Source: an uncultured Holophaga sp. (GTDB lineage: Bacteria > Acidobacteriota > Holophagae > Holophagales > Holophagaceae). From it: a stretch of 64,000 nt of DNA. Below are positions 46,850-56,961 of the stretch, in pieces. The position numbers and the translations under genes are program-made. The DNA lies in contig OY761614.1 of NCBI GenBank assembly GCA_963664825.1, positions 2,176,001 through 2,240,000 on the forward strand, in the 5' to 3' direction. Positions within the stretch are counted from its first letter, which is position 1. The number at the start of each line of letters is the position of its first letter. Below the pieces are notes generated by a model. The model was given only the letters and a program-made list of their open reading frames with translations, ran no database searches and was not told the origin of the DNA.

Positions 46850-48952
46850 ATGTCCCGTTCCTGGATCCCGATCCTGCTCGGCCTCACGCTAGGCTGGAGC
46901 ATGGCCGCCACTGAACCCAAGCCCTCCCCCGCGCCCGCAGCCGATCCCTACCTCTGGCTGGAGGATGTGACCGGCGAGAAGGCCCTGGAATGGGTGAAGG
47001 CCCGGAACTGGGAATCCGCCAAGGAACTCCAGGGCGCGGAATTCCAGCAGCTCAAGGCCGACCTGCTGAAGATCTACGATTCCAAGGCGCGCATCCCCGG
47101 CGTCTCCAAGCATGGGGCCTTCTACTACAACTTCTGGCAGGACGCGAAAAATCCCAAGGGCCTCTGGCGGCGCACGACCCTGGCGGAATACCGCAAGGCC
47201 GAACCGAAATGGGATGTGGTACTCGATCTGGATGCCCTGAATAGGGCCGAAAAGGAGAACTGGGTCTGGGAGGGCGCCCAGATCCTGAAGGCGGGCGGCT
47301 ATCGGCATGTCCTCCTGACCCTTTCTCGGGGCGGGGCGGATGCCTCCGTGACCCGGGAATTCGATCTCCAGACCCGCGCCTTCGTGAAGGATGGCTTCTC
47401 CATCCCCGAGGCCAAGGGCAGCATGTCCTGGATCGACAAGGATCAGGTCTATGTGTCGACGGATTTCGGCCCCGGATCCCTGACGACCTCGGGCTACCCG
47501 CGCATCGTCAAACTCTGGAAGCGAGGCACGCGCCTCTCCGAGGCCGTGACGGTCTATGAGGGTAAGGCCGAGGACATGTCCATCGGCGCCTTCCATGACG
47601 ATACCAAGGGCTTCGAACGGGATTACGTCTCCCGCAGCCTCGCCTTCTACCGGAGCGAACTCTTCCTGCGCGACAAGGCCGGGAAGCTCCACAAGCTCGA
47701 CGTGCCCATCGACGCCAATCCTGCGCCCTTCCGGGAATGGATGACCGTGCAGCTTCGCACGCCCTGGACCGTGGGAGGCAAGACCTATCCGGGCGGCGCC
47801 CTGCTGGTGACGAAGTTCGAGGATTTCATGGCGGGAAAGCGCGATTTCACGGTGCTCTATGAGCCCTCGGCCAATAGCTCCCTGGAATCCTTCACCTGGA
47901 CCCGCCATCACCTGGTCCTCAATGTGCTGGAGGATGTGAGAAATGTCCTCACGGTGCTAACGCCTGGCGAGAAGGGCTGGAAGCGCGAAGGCTTCCCCGG
48001 TGCGCCCAGCTTCTCCACCGTTTCCGTCTGGGGCATCGACCCCGAGGCCTCGGACGACTTCTTCATGAGTGTGACGGACTTCCTCACGCCCCCCAGCCTC
48101 TGCCTCGGCCGCATCGGCCAGCAGCCGGAAAAGCTCAAGGAGATGCCCGCCTTTTTCGACGCCTCTGGTTTCGAGGTCAGTCAGCACTTCGCCACCAGCC
48201 TGGACGGCACGAAGGTGCCCTACTTCCAGGTGAGCCCCAAGGGGATGCAGCTGGACGGCTCCAATGTCACCCTCCTCAACGGCTACGGCGGTTTCGAGAT
48301 CTCAGAAGTGCCCTTCTACAGCGGCGGCGTGGGCCGGGCCTGGCTCAGCCGGGGCGGCGTCTACGTGCTGGCTAATATCCGAGGGGGCGGCGAATACGGC
48401 CCCAGGTGGCACCAGGCCGCGCTCAAGCAGAACCGTCACCGGGCCTATGAAGACTTTGCGGCCATCGCTGGCGATCTGGTGGCCCGAAAGGTGACCACCG
48501 CCGGGAAGCTCGGCTGCGAAGGAGGCAGCAACGGCGGCCTGCTCATGGGCAACATGATCACCCAGTACCCCCAGCTCTTCGGGGCCGTCGTCTGCCAAGT
48601 GCCCCTCCTGGACATGAAGCGGTACTCGCACCTGCTGGCAGGGGCCTCCTGGATGGCCGAGTACGGCGACCCCGACAAGGCGGAGGAATGGGACTTCATC
48701 CGCACCTTCTCCCCCTACCAGAACGTGCGGAAGGACGGGAAGTATCCCCCCGTGATCTTCATGACCTCCACGCGGGATGACCGGGTGCATCCGGGCCACG
48801 CCCGCAAGATGATGGCCCAGATGCGCGATATGGGCCACGATGTGCGCTACTTCGAGAATACCGAGGGCGGCCACGGCGGCGCGGCCGATAACACCCAGCG
48901 GGCCCACATGTGGGCCTTGGCCTACACCTTCCTCTGGCAGAAGCTGAAGTAG
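46850..48952 (+). CDS. Prolyl oligopeptidase (S9A), exported
   Basis: DPYLWLE, GGSNGGLL, DDRVHP, EGGHG; signal peptide. Confidence 0.94.
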   Translation: MSRSWIPILLGLTLGWSMAATEPKPSPAPAADPYLWLEDVTGEKALEWVKARNWESAKELQGAEFQQLKADLLKIYDSKARIPGVSKHGAFYYNFWQDAKNPKGLWRRTTLAEYRKAEPKWDVVLDLDALNRAEKENWVWEGAQILKAGGYRHVLLTLSRGGADASVTREFDLQTRAFVKDGFSIPEAKGSMSWIDKDQVYVSTDFGPGSLTTSGYPRIVKLWKRGTRLSEAVTVYEGKAEDMSIGAFHDDTKGFERDYVSRSLAFYRSELFLRDKAGKLHKLDVPIDANPAPFREWMTVQLRTPWTVGGKTYPGGALLVTKFEDFMAGKRDFTVLYEPSANSSLESFTWTRHHLVLNVLEDVRNVLTVLTPGEKGWKREGFPGAPSFSTVSVWGIDPEASDDFFMSVTDFLTPPSLCLGRIGQQPEKLKEMPAFFDASGFEVSQHFATSLDGTKVPYFQVSPKGMQLDGSNVTLLNGYGGFEISEVPFYSGGVGRAWLSRGGVYVLANIRGGGEYGPRWHQAALKQNRHRAYEDFAAIAGDLVARKVTTAGKLGCEGGSNGGLLMGNMITQYPQLFGAVVCQVPLLDMKRYSHLLAGASWMAEYGDPDKAEEWDFIRTFSPYQNVRKDGKYPPVIFMTSTRDDRVHPGHARKMMAQMRDMGHDVRYFENTEGGHGGAADNTQRAHMWALAYTFLWQKLK

Positions 48953-48985
48953 CGCCCTGCCCGGACACCACGTCTGCGTTCCATT

Positions 48986-49012
48986 CAAGGCCCCGGATCT
49001 TCCGGGGCCTTG
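48986..49012. terminator. Hairpin after oligopeptidase gene
   Basis: caaggccccgga-tct-tccggggccttg. Confidence 0.65.
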
Positions 49013-49090
49013 GCATATCCGTCCCCCTTCCTGCATCACAGAAGTAGCCGGACGGATACGTGACCCACCCAGCTCATTCAAGGAGAAACC

Positions 49091-49669
49091 ATGGCCTACG
49101 ACGCGAAGAACTACGACCACCTGAAGGGCGGCAGGCTCAAGGGCTTGTCCGATAGCCAGCTCGATCAGCACTTCACCCTCTACAAGGGCTACATCGCCAA
49201 GCTCAACGAGATCGAGGCCAAGGTTGCCGAGATCGATAACACCAAGCCCAACTACTCCTTCAACGAATACAGCGAGCTGAAGCGCCGGGAGGCCGTGGCC
49301 TTCAACGGCTCCTTCCTGCATGAGCTCTACTTCGAGAACCTGGGGGCCGATGGCGATATCTCGCCAGAGCTCGCCAAGGCCCTGGAGGCCGCCGGCGGCA
49401 AGGACAAGGTGCTGGCCGATCTGAAGGCCGCGGCCCTGGGCGGGCCCGGCTGGGCCATCCTCACCCGCAATCGCCGGGACCAGAAGCTCCACACCTACTT
49501 CTTCGGCGAGCATCACCTGGGCGTGCCCATCGAACAGGATCTGCTGGTAGTGCTGGATAGCTGGGAGCACGCGTTTATGGTGGACTATGGCATCAAGCGC
49601 CCGGACTATGTGAATGCCTTCCTGGAAAACATCAAGTGGAGCGAGGTCAGCAAGCGGTTCGGGAAATAA
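49091..49669 (+). CDS. sod: Fe/Mn superoxide dismutase family protein
   Basis: QHFTLYKGY, LHELYFENL, DSWEHAF. Confidence 0.9.
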   Translation: MAYDAKNYDHLKGGRLKGLSDSQLDQHFTLYKGYIAKLNEIEAKVAEIDNTKPNYSFNEYSELKRREAVAFNGSFLHELYFENLGADGDISPELAKALEAAGGKDKVLADLKAAALGGPGWAILTRNRRDQKLHTYFFGEHHLGVPIEQDLLVVLDSWEHAFMVDYGIKRPDYVNAFLENIKWSEVSKRFGK

Positions 49670-49774
49670 CGGGAACGCATGCTCGCGGAAGGGGCCCCTC
49701 GCGGGGCCCCGCCTGTTTCCTGGGGGTCGCACGCCCTCCCCCGTTCGCCTTCGGCTCACGGAGACGGAGCCTCC

Positions 49775-49821
49775 ATGGTGGGCTATGGCATCAAGCGCCC
49801 GTACTACGTGAGGCCTTCCTG
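49775..49821 (+). repeat. Diverged copy of a 3' segment of sod (49577-49624)
   Basis: 43/48 nt identical with one gap. Confidence 0.88.
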
Positions 49822-49860
49822 ATTCCCTCCCTGCTCCGCGACCCACATGGTCGGGATATC

Positions 49861-50286
49861 TCAGGTGCTGGGCGCTATGCCATGCACACGCCGTCTGGAA
49901 CGGGGTTTCCCGGAGAGTCCGGCCAGCCATTCCCCGAAGGCCTCGTCGAAGGTGAGGATGTGCTGAAGGAACATCCGACGCAGGAGATCGAGGTCCGTTC
50001 GGAGATTGGGGCTTCCCTGGGGCAGGGCCTGCAACACGCGCCCGAAGGCGTCCTGCATGTAGGCATGGGCCACTTGGTGCTGCTGGAGATGGGGGTATCC
50101 GGCCCCTCCCATGACCGCTTCCTCCTGGCGGAAGTGCTCCGAGGTGTAGTGGAGGAAATGCCCCAGCAGCTCTGTCCGGGCCCGCTGATCGTAGTCTTCG
50201 AGGGCGACGATTTCGCAGAGTTCGCTGAACTTGCTGATGATGAAATCGTGCTCCCCATCCGTGATGGGATCGTTGAATCTGTGCAT
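49861..50286 (-). CDS. Bacteriohemerythrin
   Basis: DGEH, HFRQEE, YP..QQHQVAH, QHILTFD. Confidence 0.85.
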   Translation of the reverse strand: MHRFNDPITDGEHDFIISKFSELCEIVALEDYDQRARTELLGHFLHYTSEHFRQEEAVMGGAGYPHLQQHQVAHAYMQDAFGRVLQALPQGSPNLRTDLDLLRRMFLQHILTFDEAFGEWLAGLSGKPRSRRRVHGIAPST

Positions 50287-50421
50287 GCTTCCCTCCCGGC
50301 ATGAAATCCCGGATGGTCCACGCTGTGGACCCTGAGGCTCTTGCGGCATGAGCCCCTCCCTTGGGCGTTCCGCCATCCTTCATGGGATGCCACCGGAGGC
50401 TCCCTGTGCCCGAGGAGGCAC

Positions 50422-50453
50422 AAAGAGAAGCGGCCCCAGGAAGGGGCCGCTTC
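50422..50453 (-). terminator. Intrinsic terminator after metalloprotease gene
   Basis: gaagcggcccc/ggggccgcttc stem, T-rich tail on minus strand. Confidence 0.7.
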
Positions 50454-50473
50454 GGCAGGAGGGTTTCCCGGTC

Positions 50474-53005
50474 TCAATCCTCCGTGAGCTCGGGCCAGCA
50501 GGATTCTGTGGCGCCGCGCCTCAGGGTGGGCATGGCGGGGGCTGGGGCAGGGGTGTTCTTGGGGTCCAGGAAGCGGGTGATCTGGTCCTTCAGGTCCTCG
50601 AGGTGGGCCCGGGTGGCGCGATCCGGCGCCTTGAGGGCCCGGGAGGAGGCCAGGCTCTGGATGCTCTTCAATTCGGCCCGCACGGCCCCCCGGGTATCGT
50701 CCGGGGCGGGGGGCGGCGCCAACCGTGCCCCCAGGAGTTCCACATAGATGCGCTGGAGGCCCCGGCGGTAGGGATCGATGCGGCCTCCGGTGCTGAGCTC
50801 GGTGAGGATCCCTCCTCGCAGCTCCGTCAGGAACTGGCCGAGGGTGTAGGCCTTGTCGCCCAGGATGGCCTCGTGCTCCTGCAGGTGCATCATGCGGTTC
50901 TGGGCCAGCAGTTCTCCCAGGATGCCGCGCTGCAGGTTCCCGAGCCGCCCCTGGCCGCTGCCGGGTTCCAGCTTGCGCAGCAGATCGGCGGGCAGGATCC
51001 AGGAGGGGGTCTTGAAGAGATTCTCGTTGAGGAACTTCACGGCCTCGCTTTGTCGTGCCCTGGAGAGGGGCGTGAAGCGCGGGCCGACCTGGAGCCCAAC
51101 CTTGGGCTCGCTATCGTAGCCGCCCACGAGATTGGCCACATGGCCCAGTTCCCGGCCCCACTGGCCCAGGGTTGCCGCATAGAGGTGCCCGAGCTTTTCA
51201 AAATCTTCGCCGGGCTTGAGGGTGGCCTGGGGCAGCATGGTCATGACGCGTTTGAGGTTGCGAGTGCCCAGCGTCGTGGCCTTCACCGGGTCCATGTCGC
51301 CCACGGCTTCGGCTTCCTCGCCGGGGTCCGTGCCCTGGCTCCCGGCCGTGCTGAAGCGCAGCCAGGGCGTGGTCTCCTGGGGCTTGCACCAGGCGTCCAG
51401 GGTGGGCTTTTCCGCATCCGGCGTCTTGGCATCCGGGATGGGCGTGTAGCCCCACTTGATGGCGAAGATATCGTAGGGTCCCACCTTGGGGATCAGCAGC
51501 TTGGGATCGATGCCATCCTCGGGTTGGACGAGGTAGTTGAAGCGGCTGTAGTCCATGAGCGTCGCCACGTGTCCCATCTTCTCCAGCCAGGCCTTGTCAC
51601 GGAGCTTTTCCACCGGATAGGTGGCGCTGGATTTGAAGTTGTGGGGCAGGCCCAGGGAATGGCCGATCTCATGGGTGATCACGTAGGTCAGCAGCTCGCC
51701 CATGAGTTCGTCGGGCATGGGGAGTGTGGCCACGCGCTTATCCAGGGGGCCCACCTGGGTGAAGTACCAGTCGGTCTGGAGCTGGAGGATATTCTGGTAG
51801 ATCTCGATATCGGCTTCCAGGATCTCGCCGCTGCGGGGGTCGGAGACGTGGGGGCCCATGGCGTTGGCCGTGCGGGAGGGCACCCAGCGGATCACACTGT
51901 AGCGGGCATCATCGGCACTCCATTCGGGATCCTGTTCCGGTGTGGGAGCCTCCTTGGCCTGGATGGCGTTCAGGAATCCGGCCTCCTCGAAGGCGGGCTT
52001 CCAGGCCTCGATGGCCTTCTTGACGAAGGGCACCCACTGCTTGGGTGTGGCCGGGTCCACGTAGAAGACGATGGGCTTGACGGGTTCACTCTTGGCGGCG
52101 CTGGGGTCCTTCTTCTCCAGGCGCCAGCGAGCGATGAACTTGCGGCGCATCACCTCGTGATCGGCGCGGCCGTAATCCGTGTGGCCGTGGCTGAAGAAAC
52201 CCACCCGGTCATCCTCCAGGCGGCCCATCATGGGCTTCTCCGGGAGCTGGACGAAGCTGTAGTGGATGACGGCCGTGCGGGTGGGGGGCGGGGGCATCAT
52301 GGCCGCGAACTGGGGCGGAAGGCCCGGCGGAAGGGGGGTCGGCTGTGGGTTGAAGGTCTGGGTGGCCTCCACATTCAGGTTCAGGGGGAAGGCCTTCACC
52401 TTGTCTACGAAGCTGCGGCTGCTGTCCATGCCCGTGGCCTGCATGGCCCGCCTGGCGGAGAGTTCACTCACATCCGAGGTGAAGAGCCTCGTCACTTCGA
52501 TGACCGGAGCGCCATCCTTGGCGAAGGCTTCAACAGGGAAGCTCATCAGGATGCCCGGCGTGCTCATGGCCTCCACGGCCTTGGCCACGGGGTTAGAGGG
52601 ATCGGCCACATGATTGAAGGAGATGGCTCGGAGCAGCACCTTATTATCCCGCAGCTCCCAGCGCACCACCTCGTTGCCGACTCCCTGGCCGGGATAGCTG
52701 GCGTCCGCAGGGCTCTTCTTCACCACCACCACGACCAGCAGATCCTTGTCGAGTTGGGCTTTGGGGATCTCGAAGTAGACCTTACTCTTGCTCGTATGGA
52801 CATTGAAGAGGCCCTGCTGGGATTTCAGGGCCGAGGTGATCACCTTGTCGTAGGGCTTGGGCTCGCCCTCGACGGGCTTGGGAGCCTCCGGCCTCCCGCT
52901 GGTCGCCTGGCCATTGCCCGGTGGGGGCAGATGGGGTTTCTCCTGAGCCACGAGACAAGTGGCCACCAGGGCCATGATGAAGGGGTGGAATCGCGGCGCG
53001 CTCAC
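50474..53005 (-). CDS. Exported zinc metalloprotease (DUF5117/DUF4953-type metzincin)
   Basis: HEIGHSLGLPHNF, TLMDY, DPRSGEIL. Confidence 0.9.
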   Translation of the reverse strand: MSAPRFHPFIMALVATCLVAQEKPHLPPPGNGQATSGRPEAPKPVEGEPKPYDKVITSALKSQQGLFNVHTSKSKVYFEIPKAQLDKDLLVVVVVKKSPADASYPGQGVGNEVVRWELRDNKVLLRAISFNHVADPSNPVAKAVEAMSTPGILMSFPVEAFAKDGAPVIEVTRLFTSDVSELSARRAMQATGMDSSRSFVDKVKAFPLNLNVEATQTFNPQPTPLPPGLPPQFAAMMPPPPTRTAVIHYSFVQLPEKPMMGRLEDDRVGFFSHGHTDYGRADHEVMRRKFIARWRLEKKDPSAAKSEPVKPIVFYVDPATPKQWVPFVKKAIEAWKPAFEEAGFLNAIQAKEAPTPEQDPEWSADDARYSVIRWVPSRTANAMGPHVSDPRSGEILEADIEIYQNILQLQTDWYFTQVGPLDKRVATLPMPDELMGELLTYVITHEIGHSLGLPHNFKSSATYPVEKLRDKAWLEKMGHVATLMDYSRFNYLVQPEDGIDPKLLIPKVGPYDIFAIKWGYTPIPDAKTPDAEKPTLDAWCKPQETTPWLRFSTAGSQGTDPGEEAEAVGDMDPVKATTLGTRNLKRVMTMLPQATLKPGEDFEKLGHLYAATLGQWGRELGHVANLVGGYDSEPKVGLQVGPRFTPLSRARQSEAVKFLNENLFKTPSWILPADLLRKLEPGSGQGRLGNLQRGILGELLAQNRMMHLQEHEAILGDKAYTLGQFLTELRGGILTELSTGGRIDPYRRGLQRIYVELLGARLAPPPAPDDTRGAVRAELKSIQSLASSRALKAPDRATRAHLEDLKDQITRFLDPKNTPAPAPAMPTLRRGATESCWPELTED

Positions 53006-53283
53006 GGGATCTCCTCGAAGGGCATTCCCTGATGGAATGGAAATATCATCATAATACGAGGCAAGCTCGATGGGAGGCGCTCTCGCGAGTGCACCCCGCC
53101 GAAAAAGGTTGTATCAATCGTGATGCACTCCCATGGGGGCAAAGCCCCCTCTGGCGCCCGTCAAAGCAGTGCGTTCGCGGGTTGTCACCCCTCTGGTTGC
53201 ACTGCCGTGCCCCCAGACCCCTGCCACGTGGTGTACCAGTCTGCTTTCGATAGGCACGTGTCATTCTGACGGGCACCACTAGG

Positions 53284-54066
53284 ATGAGAGTCATGTCCAA
53301 TCTCGATGCCGAATTCCTCCCCTACCAACACCTCCACGGAGCCAAGGGTTCGCTCCATCCGGAAGCCGGGGCCTGTTTCATCTGCGAGGGACGCTTCCTG
53401 GTGGAATCGGCCCTCGAGGCCGGTCGGGAAGGGAAGTTGCGCGTGCTTTCGGTGCTCGCCACCCCCGAGACCTCGGAAGCGTTGGCACCCCTGATCCCGG
53501 AAGGCACGCGGGTGTTGGGTCTCGAGGAGGAGGAGCTGCAGGCGCTGGTGGGTTTCCCCTTCCATCGGGGCCTCCTCTGCGCCGTGGCCACACCCAACGA
53601 GCCCCCCGAGGCGCAGCTGCTCGCGGCGAAGCGTTTGGTGGTGCTGCCCCACGTGGACAATGTGGACAATCTGGGGCTGATCCTCCGGAGCGCGGCCTCC
53701 CTGGGGATGGATGGCGTCCTGACGGGCCGGGGCCCTGGCGTCTTCGAACGCCGCACGGTGCGCGTCTCCATGGGGGCCGCCTGGACCCTGCCCGTCTGGC
53801 AGCGGGAAGATCCTGCGCCTTTGTTGGAACAGTGGCGCGCCCTAGGCGGCGAGATCATTGGCGCGGCCCTGGCCCCTTCGGCCCTGGATGCGCGGCACTG
53901 GGAACCCGCTCCCCGCACGGCCCTGGTGTTGGGCCCCGAGGCCTACGGCTTGGACAGGGCCTGGCTGGGTCGTTGCGATTGTCTCGTGGCCATCCCCATG
54001 GCCAAGGGCATGGACTCCCTCAATGTTGCCGCCGCCGGGGCCATCCTGATGTTCCAAATGCTCTGA
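53284..54066 (+). CDS. TrmH/SpoU RNA methyltransferase
   Basis: NLGLILRSA, LGPEAYGL, IPM..DSLNVAAA. Confidence 0.92.
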   Translation: MRVMSNLDAEFLPYQHLHGAKGSLHPEAGACFICEGRFLVESALEAGREGKLRVLSVLATPETSEALAPLIPEGTRVLGLEEEELQALVGFPFHRGLLCAVATPNEPPEAQLLAAKRLVVLPHVDNVDNLGLILRSAASLGMDGVLTGRGPGVFERRTVRVSMGAAWTLPVWQREDPAPLLEQWRALGGEIIGAALAPSALDARHWEPAPRTALVLGPEAYGLDRAWLGRCDCLVAIPMAKGMDSLNVAAAGAILMFQML

Positions 54067-54079
54067 AGCGGAGGCTCCG

Positions 54080-54598
54080 TCAGTAGATCCGCTTGAAGAG
54101 CACTTCGTTCTCGAGATAGATGTGCCGGGTCAGACTCTCCGCCAAGGTCTCGCAGGCCGCGTAGAGGCTCGCCTGAACGGGGACGGCATCGGCTGGCGGG
54201 GCGAAGTCGTTGGTGATGCGCCGAATGCGCTTGAGCAGGCCTTCGGCGGCGCGATGCTCGTCCTCGAAGAGTTCAAGGGGGTCCATGAGCTCGGCTTTTT
54301 CATCCACCTCCCGGCCCTGGTCCTTGGCGAGGATGGCGGGAAACAGGGTGACTTCTTCCATCTTCAGGTGGGCACGCATCTCCGTGCAGAACAGATCCAC
54401 CTCGTCCCGGATGGCCAGGAGCATGGGAATCCTGTGGCCTTCCAGGGAGGCCGCTTCTTCGGCCAGGCATTCCAGTTCGGCCATGCCGAAGCGGGTTTCC
54501 CGGTGGTACCGCTTCAGGATGTGCTGGACCAACTCCGTGAGTGGAGCTTCCTTCCAGCCGTCCAGTTCCGCGCGGGCCTCATCCCAGTTTTGAGCCAT
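54080..54598 (-). CDS. Hemerythrin-like RIC/YtfE domain protein lacking the N-terminal ScdA domain
   Basis: HILKRYH, HLKMEEVTLFP, EH, HIYLENEVLF. Confidence 0.85.
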   Translation of the reverse strand: MAQNWDEARAELDGWKEAPLTELVQHILKRYHRETRFGMAELECLAEEAASLEGHRIPMLLAIRDEVDLFCTEMRAHLKMEEVTLFPAILAKDQGREVDEKAELMDPLELFEDEHRAAEGLLKRIRRITNDFAPPADAVPVQASLYAACETLAESLTRHIYLENEVLFKRIY

Positions 54599-54851
54599 GT
54601 GGATTCCTTGCCTGTGAACCGTGAACAGATGGGGGGTGTTTCCCCTAGTCCCTATCTTGCCAGTGGAGGAGCCGAATGGGGCTCGTCCTTGGTTGGGGAA
54701 AGCTGAGCTGTTGGGGATCGCCGTGGATTGAGCCGAAGCCTAAAAATATTTATAAACACCTGGCTCATGATTTCTTGCATCCAGCATTCCGTTGGTTTTA
54801 CCATCGGAACCCATCCCTCCGACATGCTAGAGCATTCCAGTAGGCCACCTC

Positions 54852-55517
54852 GTGCATCATCACGGTAATTCCAGGTTCCGCGGTTCACCGGGCCTCTCGC
54901 TCGAGCATAGCGGGCGTAGCCTTCAGGCGAGGCACTGGACCTTGTTGCTGGTGCTTAATCTCTTTGGAACCCTGGTGGCCCAGGATCCGAAGATTCCGGC
55001 CCGCATTCTGGCTTTCGAGGGTATCCCTCGGTCGGTCAAGGTGGGAGAGTCCGTGGAACTGCGCTGGGTTGCCAGAGGAACAGATAAGGTGCGTCTGGAT
55101 CCCTCCGGCGAAGAACTCCCTGCTCAGGGACGAATGACGCGGGTTCTCGGGAAAAGCACCCTGTTCTGGCTCCATGCCATCAACGCCAAGGGCGGAGAGA
55201 GTGTGCCCCTGGTGATCGAGGTCCGCCCCTCCCGCGTGGCCTCTCAGAGGCCTCTTGAGGCTTCAAATGGAAATTGGATCCAGTTCGCCGCCCTGGCTGA
55301 TGAATCCAGGGCCCAGCAGCTGGGAAAGACGTTGGAGCAGCTCTCGGGGCATCCGGTCAGTCTTTCCACTGTGGAGGCACCTAAACGCCCGGGCCAAAGG
55401 CTCCATAGGATCCGCATGGGTCCCTTTGCCACAAGGGACGAGGCACGGCGCCGCCTGAAGGATATCGCATCCAGAATCCTGCCTCTCCGCTTGAAGCCCT
55501 GGCTGGCGGAGGATTGA
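54852..55517 (+). CDS. SPOR domain protein with Ig-like domain
   Basis: WIQFAAL...HRIRMGPFATRDEA; start uncertain. Confidence 0.75.
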   Translation: MHHHGNSRFRGSPGLSLEHSGRSLQARHWTLLLVLNLFGTLVAQDPKIPARILAFEGIPRSVKVGESVELRWVARGTDKVRLDPSGEELPAQGRMTRVLGKSTLFWLHAINAKGGESVPLVIEVRPSRVASQRPLEASNGNWIQFAALADESRAQQLGKTLEQLSGHPVSLSTVEAPKRPGQRLHRIRMGPFATRDEARRRLKDIASRILPLRLKPWLAED

Positions 55518-55733
55518 TCGCAACATTCGAGGGGAAGTCGGCATCTTTGTCGGGAAATGGAAATTGCAAAGCCTCGACCCCGGCTCATGATCAGCATGTT
55601 TCCATTGGGGGAACCCTGCCCAGGTCTCTTTTGTCATAGTTGTGTGCATGGTTCTTTAGTTAAACGTGATCAATGGAACTTTGCTGTTGCTTTCCCAAAT
55701 ATAGGATAGAATGACTCCTCACAAGGAGCCCAC

Positions 55734-56261
55734 ATGAATACCCTCAAATACGAAGCTGGTACGGGAAAAGGGAATCGCGCCGTGTTCGTTTGCGGTAAGG
55801 CCACCGTTCCCGCCGCCATGATCTCTCGCCTTCTCAAGGAAATCGAAGGGAAGCCTGAGGCCACCCAGGCCCGTATCCTTATTTCCAAAATTGCTCCCCG
55901 CCATGGCGCCTTTCTGGAGGCCATGGAGAAGGCAGAGATCAGCTACCAAGTGGCCATCCAGACGATGATCGAGCTTGCTCCTGTCAAAACGAAGGGTACG
56001 CCCCGCATTACGAAGGAAGCCTCTGCTGTAGCGAAACTGCTCTGCCGGAAATACAGCAACAAGACCGCCGACGAGATGTTTGCTTCCTTCATCGAGACGG
56101 TGTTCCGCCCCGAGTTCAAGACCCTCGTGCTCGAATTGACGGGTGAAAATGAGAAGAAATTCGGCCGGAATACTCAAGGACGGATCCGTGTGCGTCCCGA
56201 GCGCAAGGATCTGGCTGGCAATGCCGCCAAGGCGCGGGCGGGGCGAAAGAAGAAGGCGTAG
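55734..56261 (+). CDS. Hypothetical basic protein
   Basis: AAGGAG RBS; 175 aa, Lys/Arg-rich. Confidence 0.75.
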   Translation: MNTLKYEAGTGKGNRAVFVCGKATVPAAMISRLLKEIEGKPEATQARILISKIAPRHGAFLEAMEKAEISYQVAIQTMIELAPVKTKGTPRITKEASAVAKLLCRKYSNKTADEMFASFIETVFRPEFKTLVLELTGENEKKFGRNTQGRIRVRPERKDLAGNAAKARAGRKKKA

Positions 56262-56487
56262 TTCGTCGGGAATAGATGACAGGCCTGAACGCAGGTTTGG
56301 ATGAAACAAGGGAACCAGGATTGAGGCACCCGCGGGGGCCCATTCTGGTTCCCTTGTGTTAGGTAGGATCTTCGGTTGGGGCGGGTGGTCTTTCATTCCT
56401 CCATGCCACCAATTTGTAATGGGATTTCCCATTTCCACGGCGAATCGGGTGCACAGTGGAACTGCACACAAACCCTGGAGAACCGCC

Positions 56488-56961
56488 ATGACCCTGAAGC
56501 CTGCCCACCGGAACATGGAGGAAGGCCCCATCACTCGCGGGAAGGGCCTCGATACTCTGGATCGTTTCATCATTCAGAATTGGGCGCCACCGACCCGTTT
56601 TGGCCTTTGGCGCGACCAGTTTGGGGCCCTGGCCGGTCCCAAAGCGTCCCTGGAACACTTCTTCAACGATGCCCTGAAGGTCGGGTGGATGCGCGATGGC
56701 GGCGGGGCGGTGATCACCATCGACCCACCTCAGGATCCATTTGTGACGATTCGGGTGGAGAGCGAGAGCAAGGTCTGGACACCGGAATCCACGTACAACC
56801 CCAAACGTTGGCTTTGGAAGGTGGTGCCCCTGGTGACGGCCCTGGTGAACTTGGAAGCGGCGCGGAGGATGCCCCTGCCGGAAGGGGAGGAGAGCTATCT
56901 GAGAGGCCTGAGGGAAGGCCGATTGAAGGAGGCCTGGGAGGCCTACACCCCGGCTCCTTGA
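56488..56961 (+). CDS. Hypothetical protein
   Basis: GGAG RBS before ATG 56488. Confidence 0.65.
   Translation: MTLKPAHRNMEEGPITRGKGLDTLDRFIIQNWAPPTRFGLWRDQFGALAGPKASLEHFFNDALKVGWMRDGGGAVITIDPPQDPFVTIRVESESKVWTPESTYNPKRWLWKVVPLVTALVNLEAARRMPLPEGEESYLRGLREGRLKEAWEAYTPAP

Noticed and set aside
11925..49821. The 3'-end echoes as DGR template/variable repeats
   Set aside because: Mismatches are not adenine-specific and no reverse transcriptase is in the window
53010..53280. Possible riboswitch or ncRNA in the intergenic region
   Set aside because: Only generic hairpins; no aptamer consensus recognised
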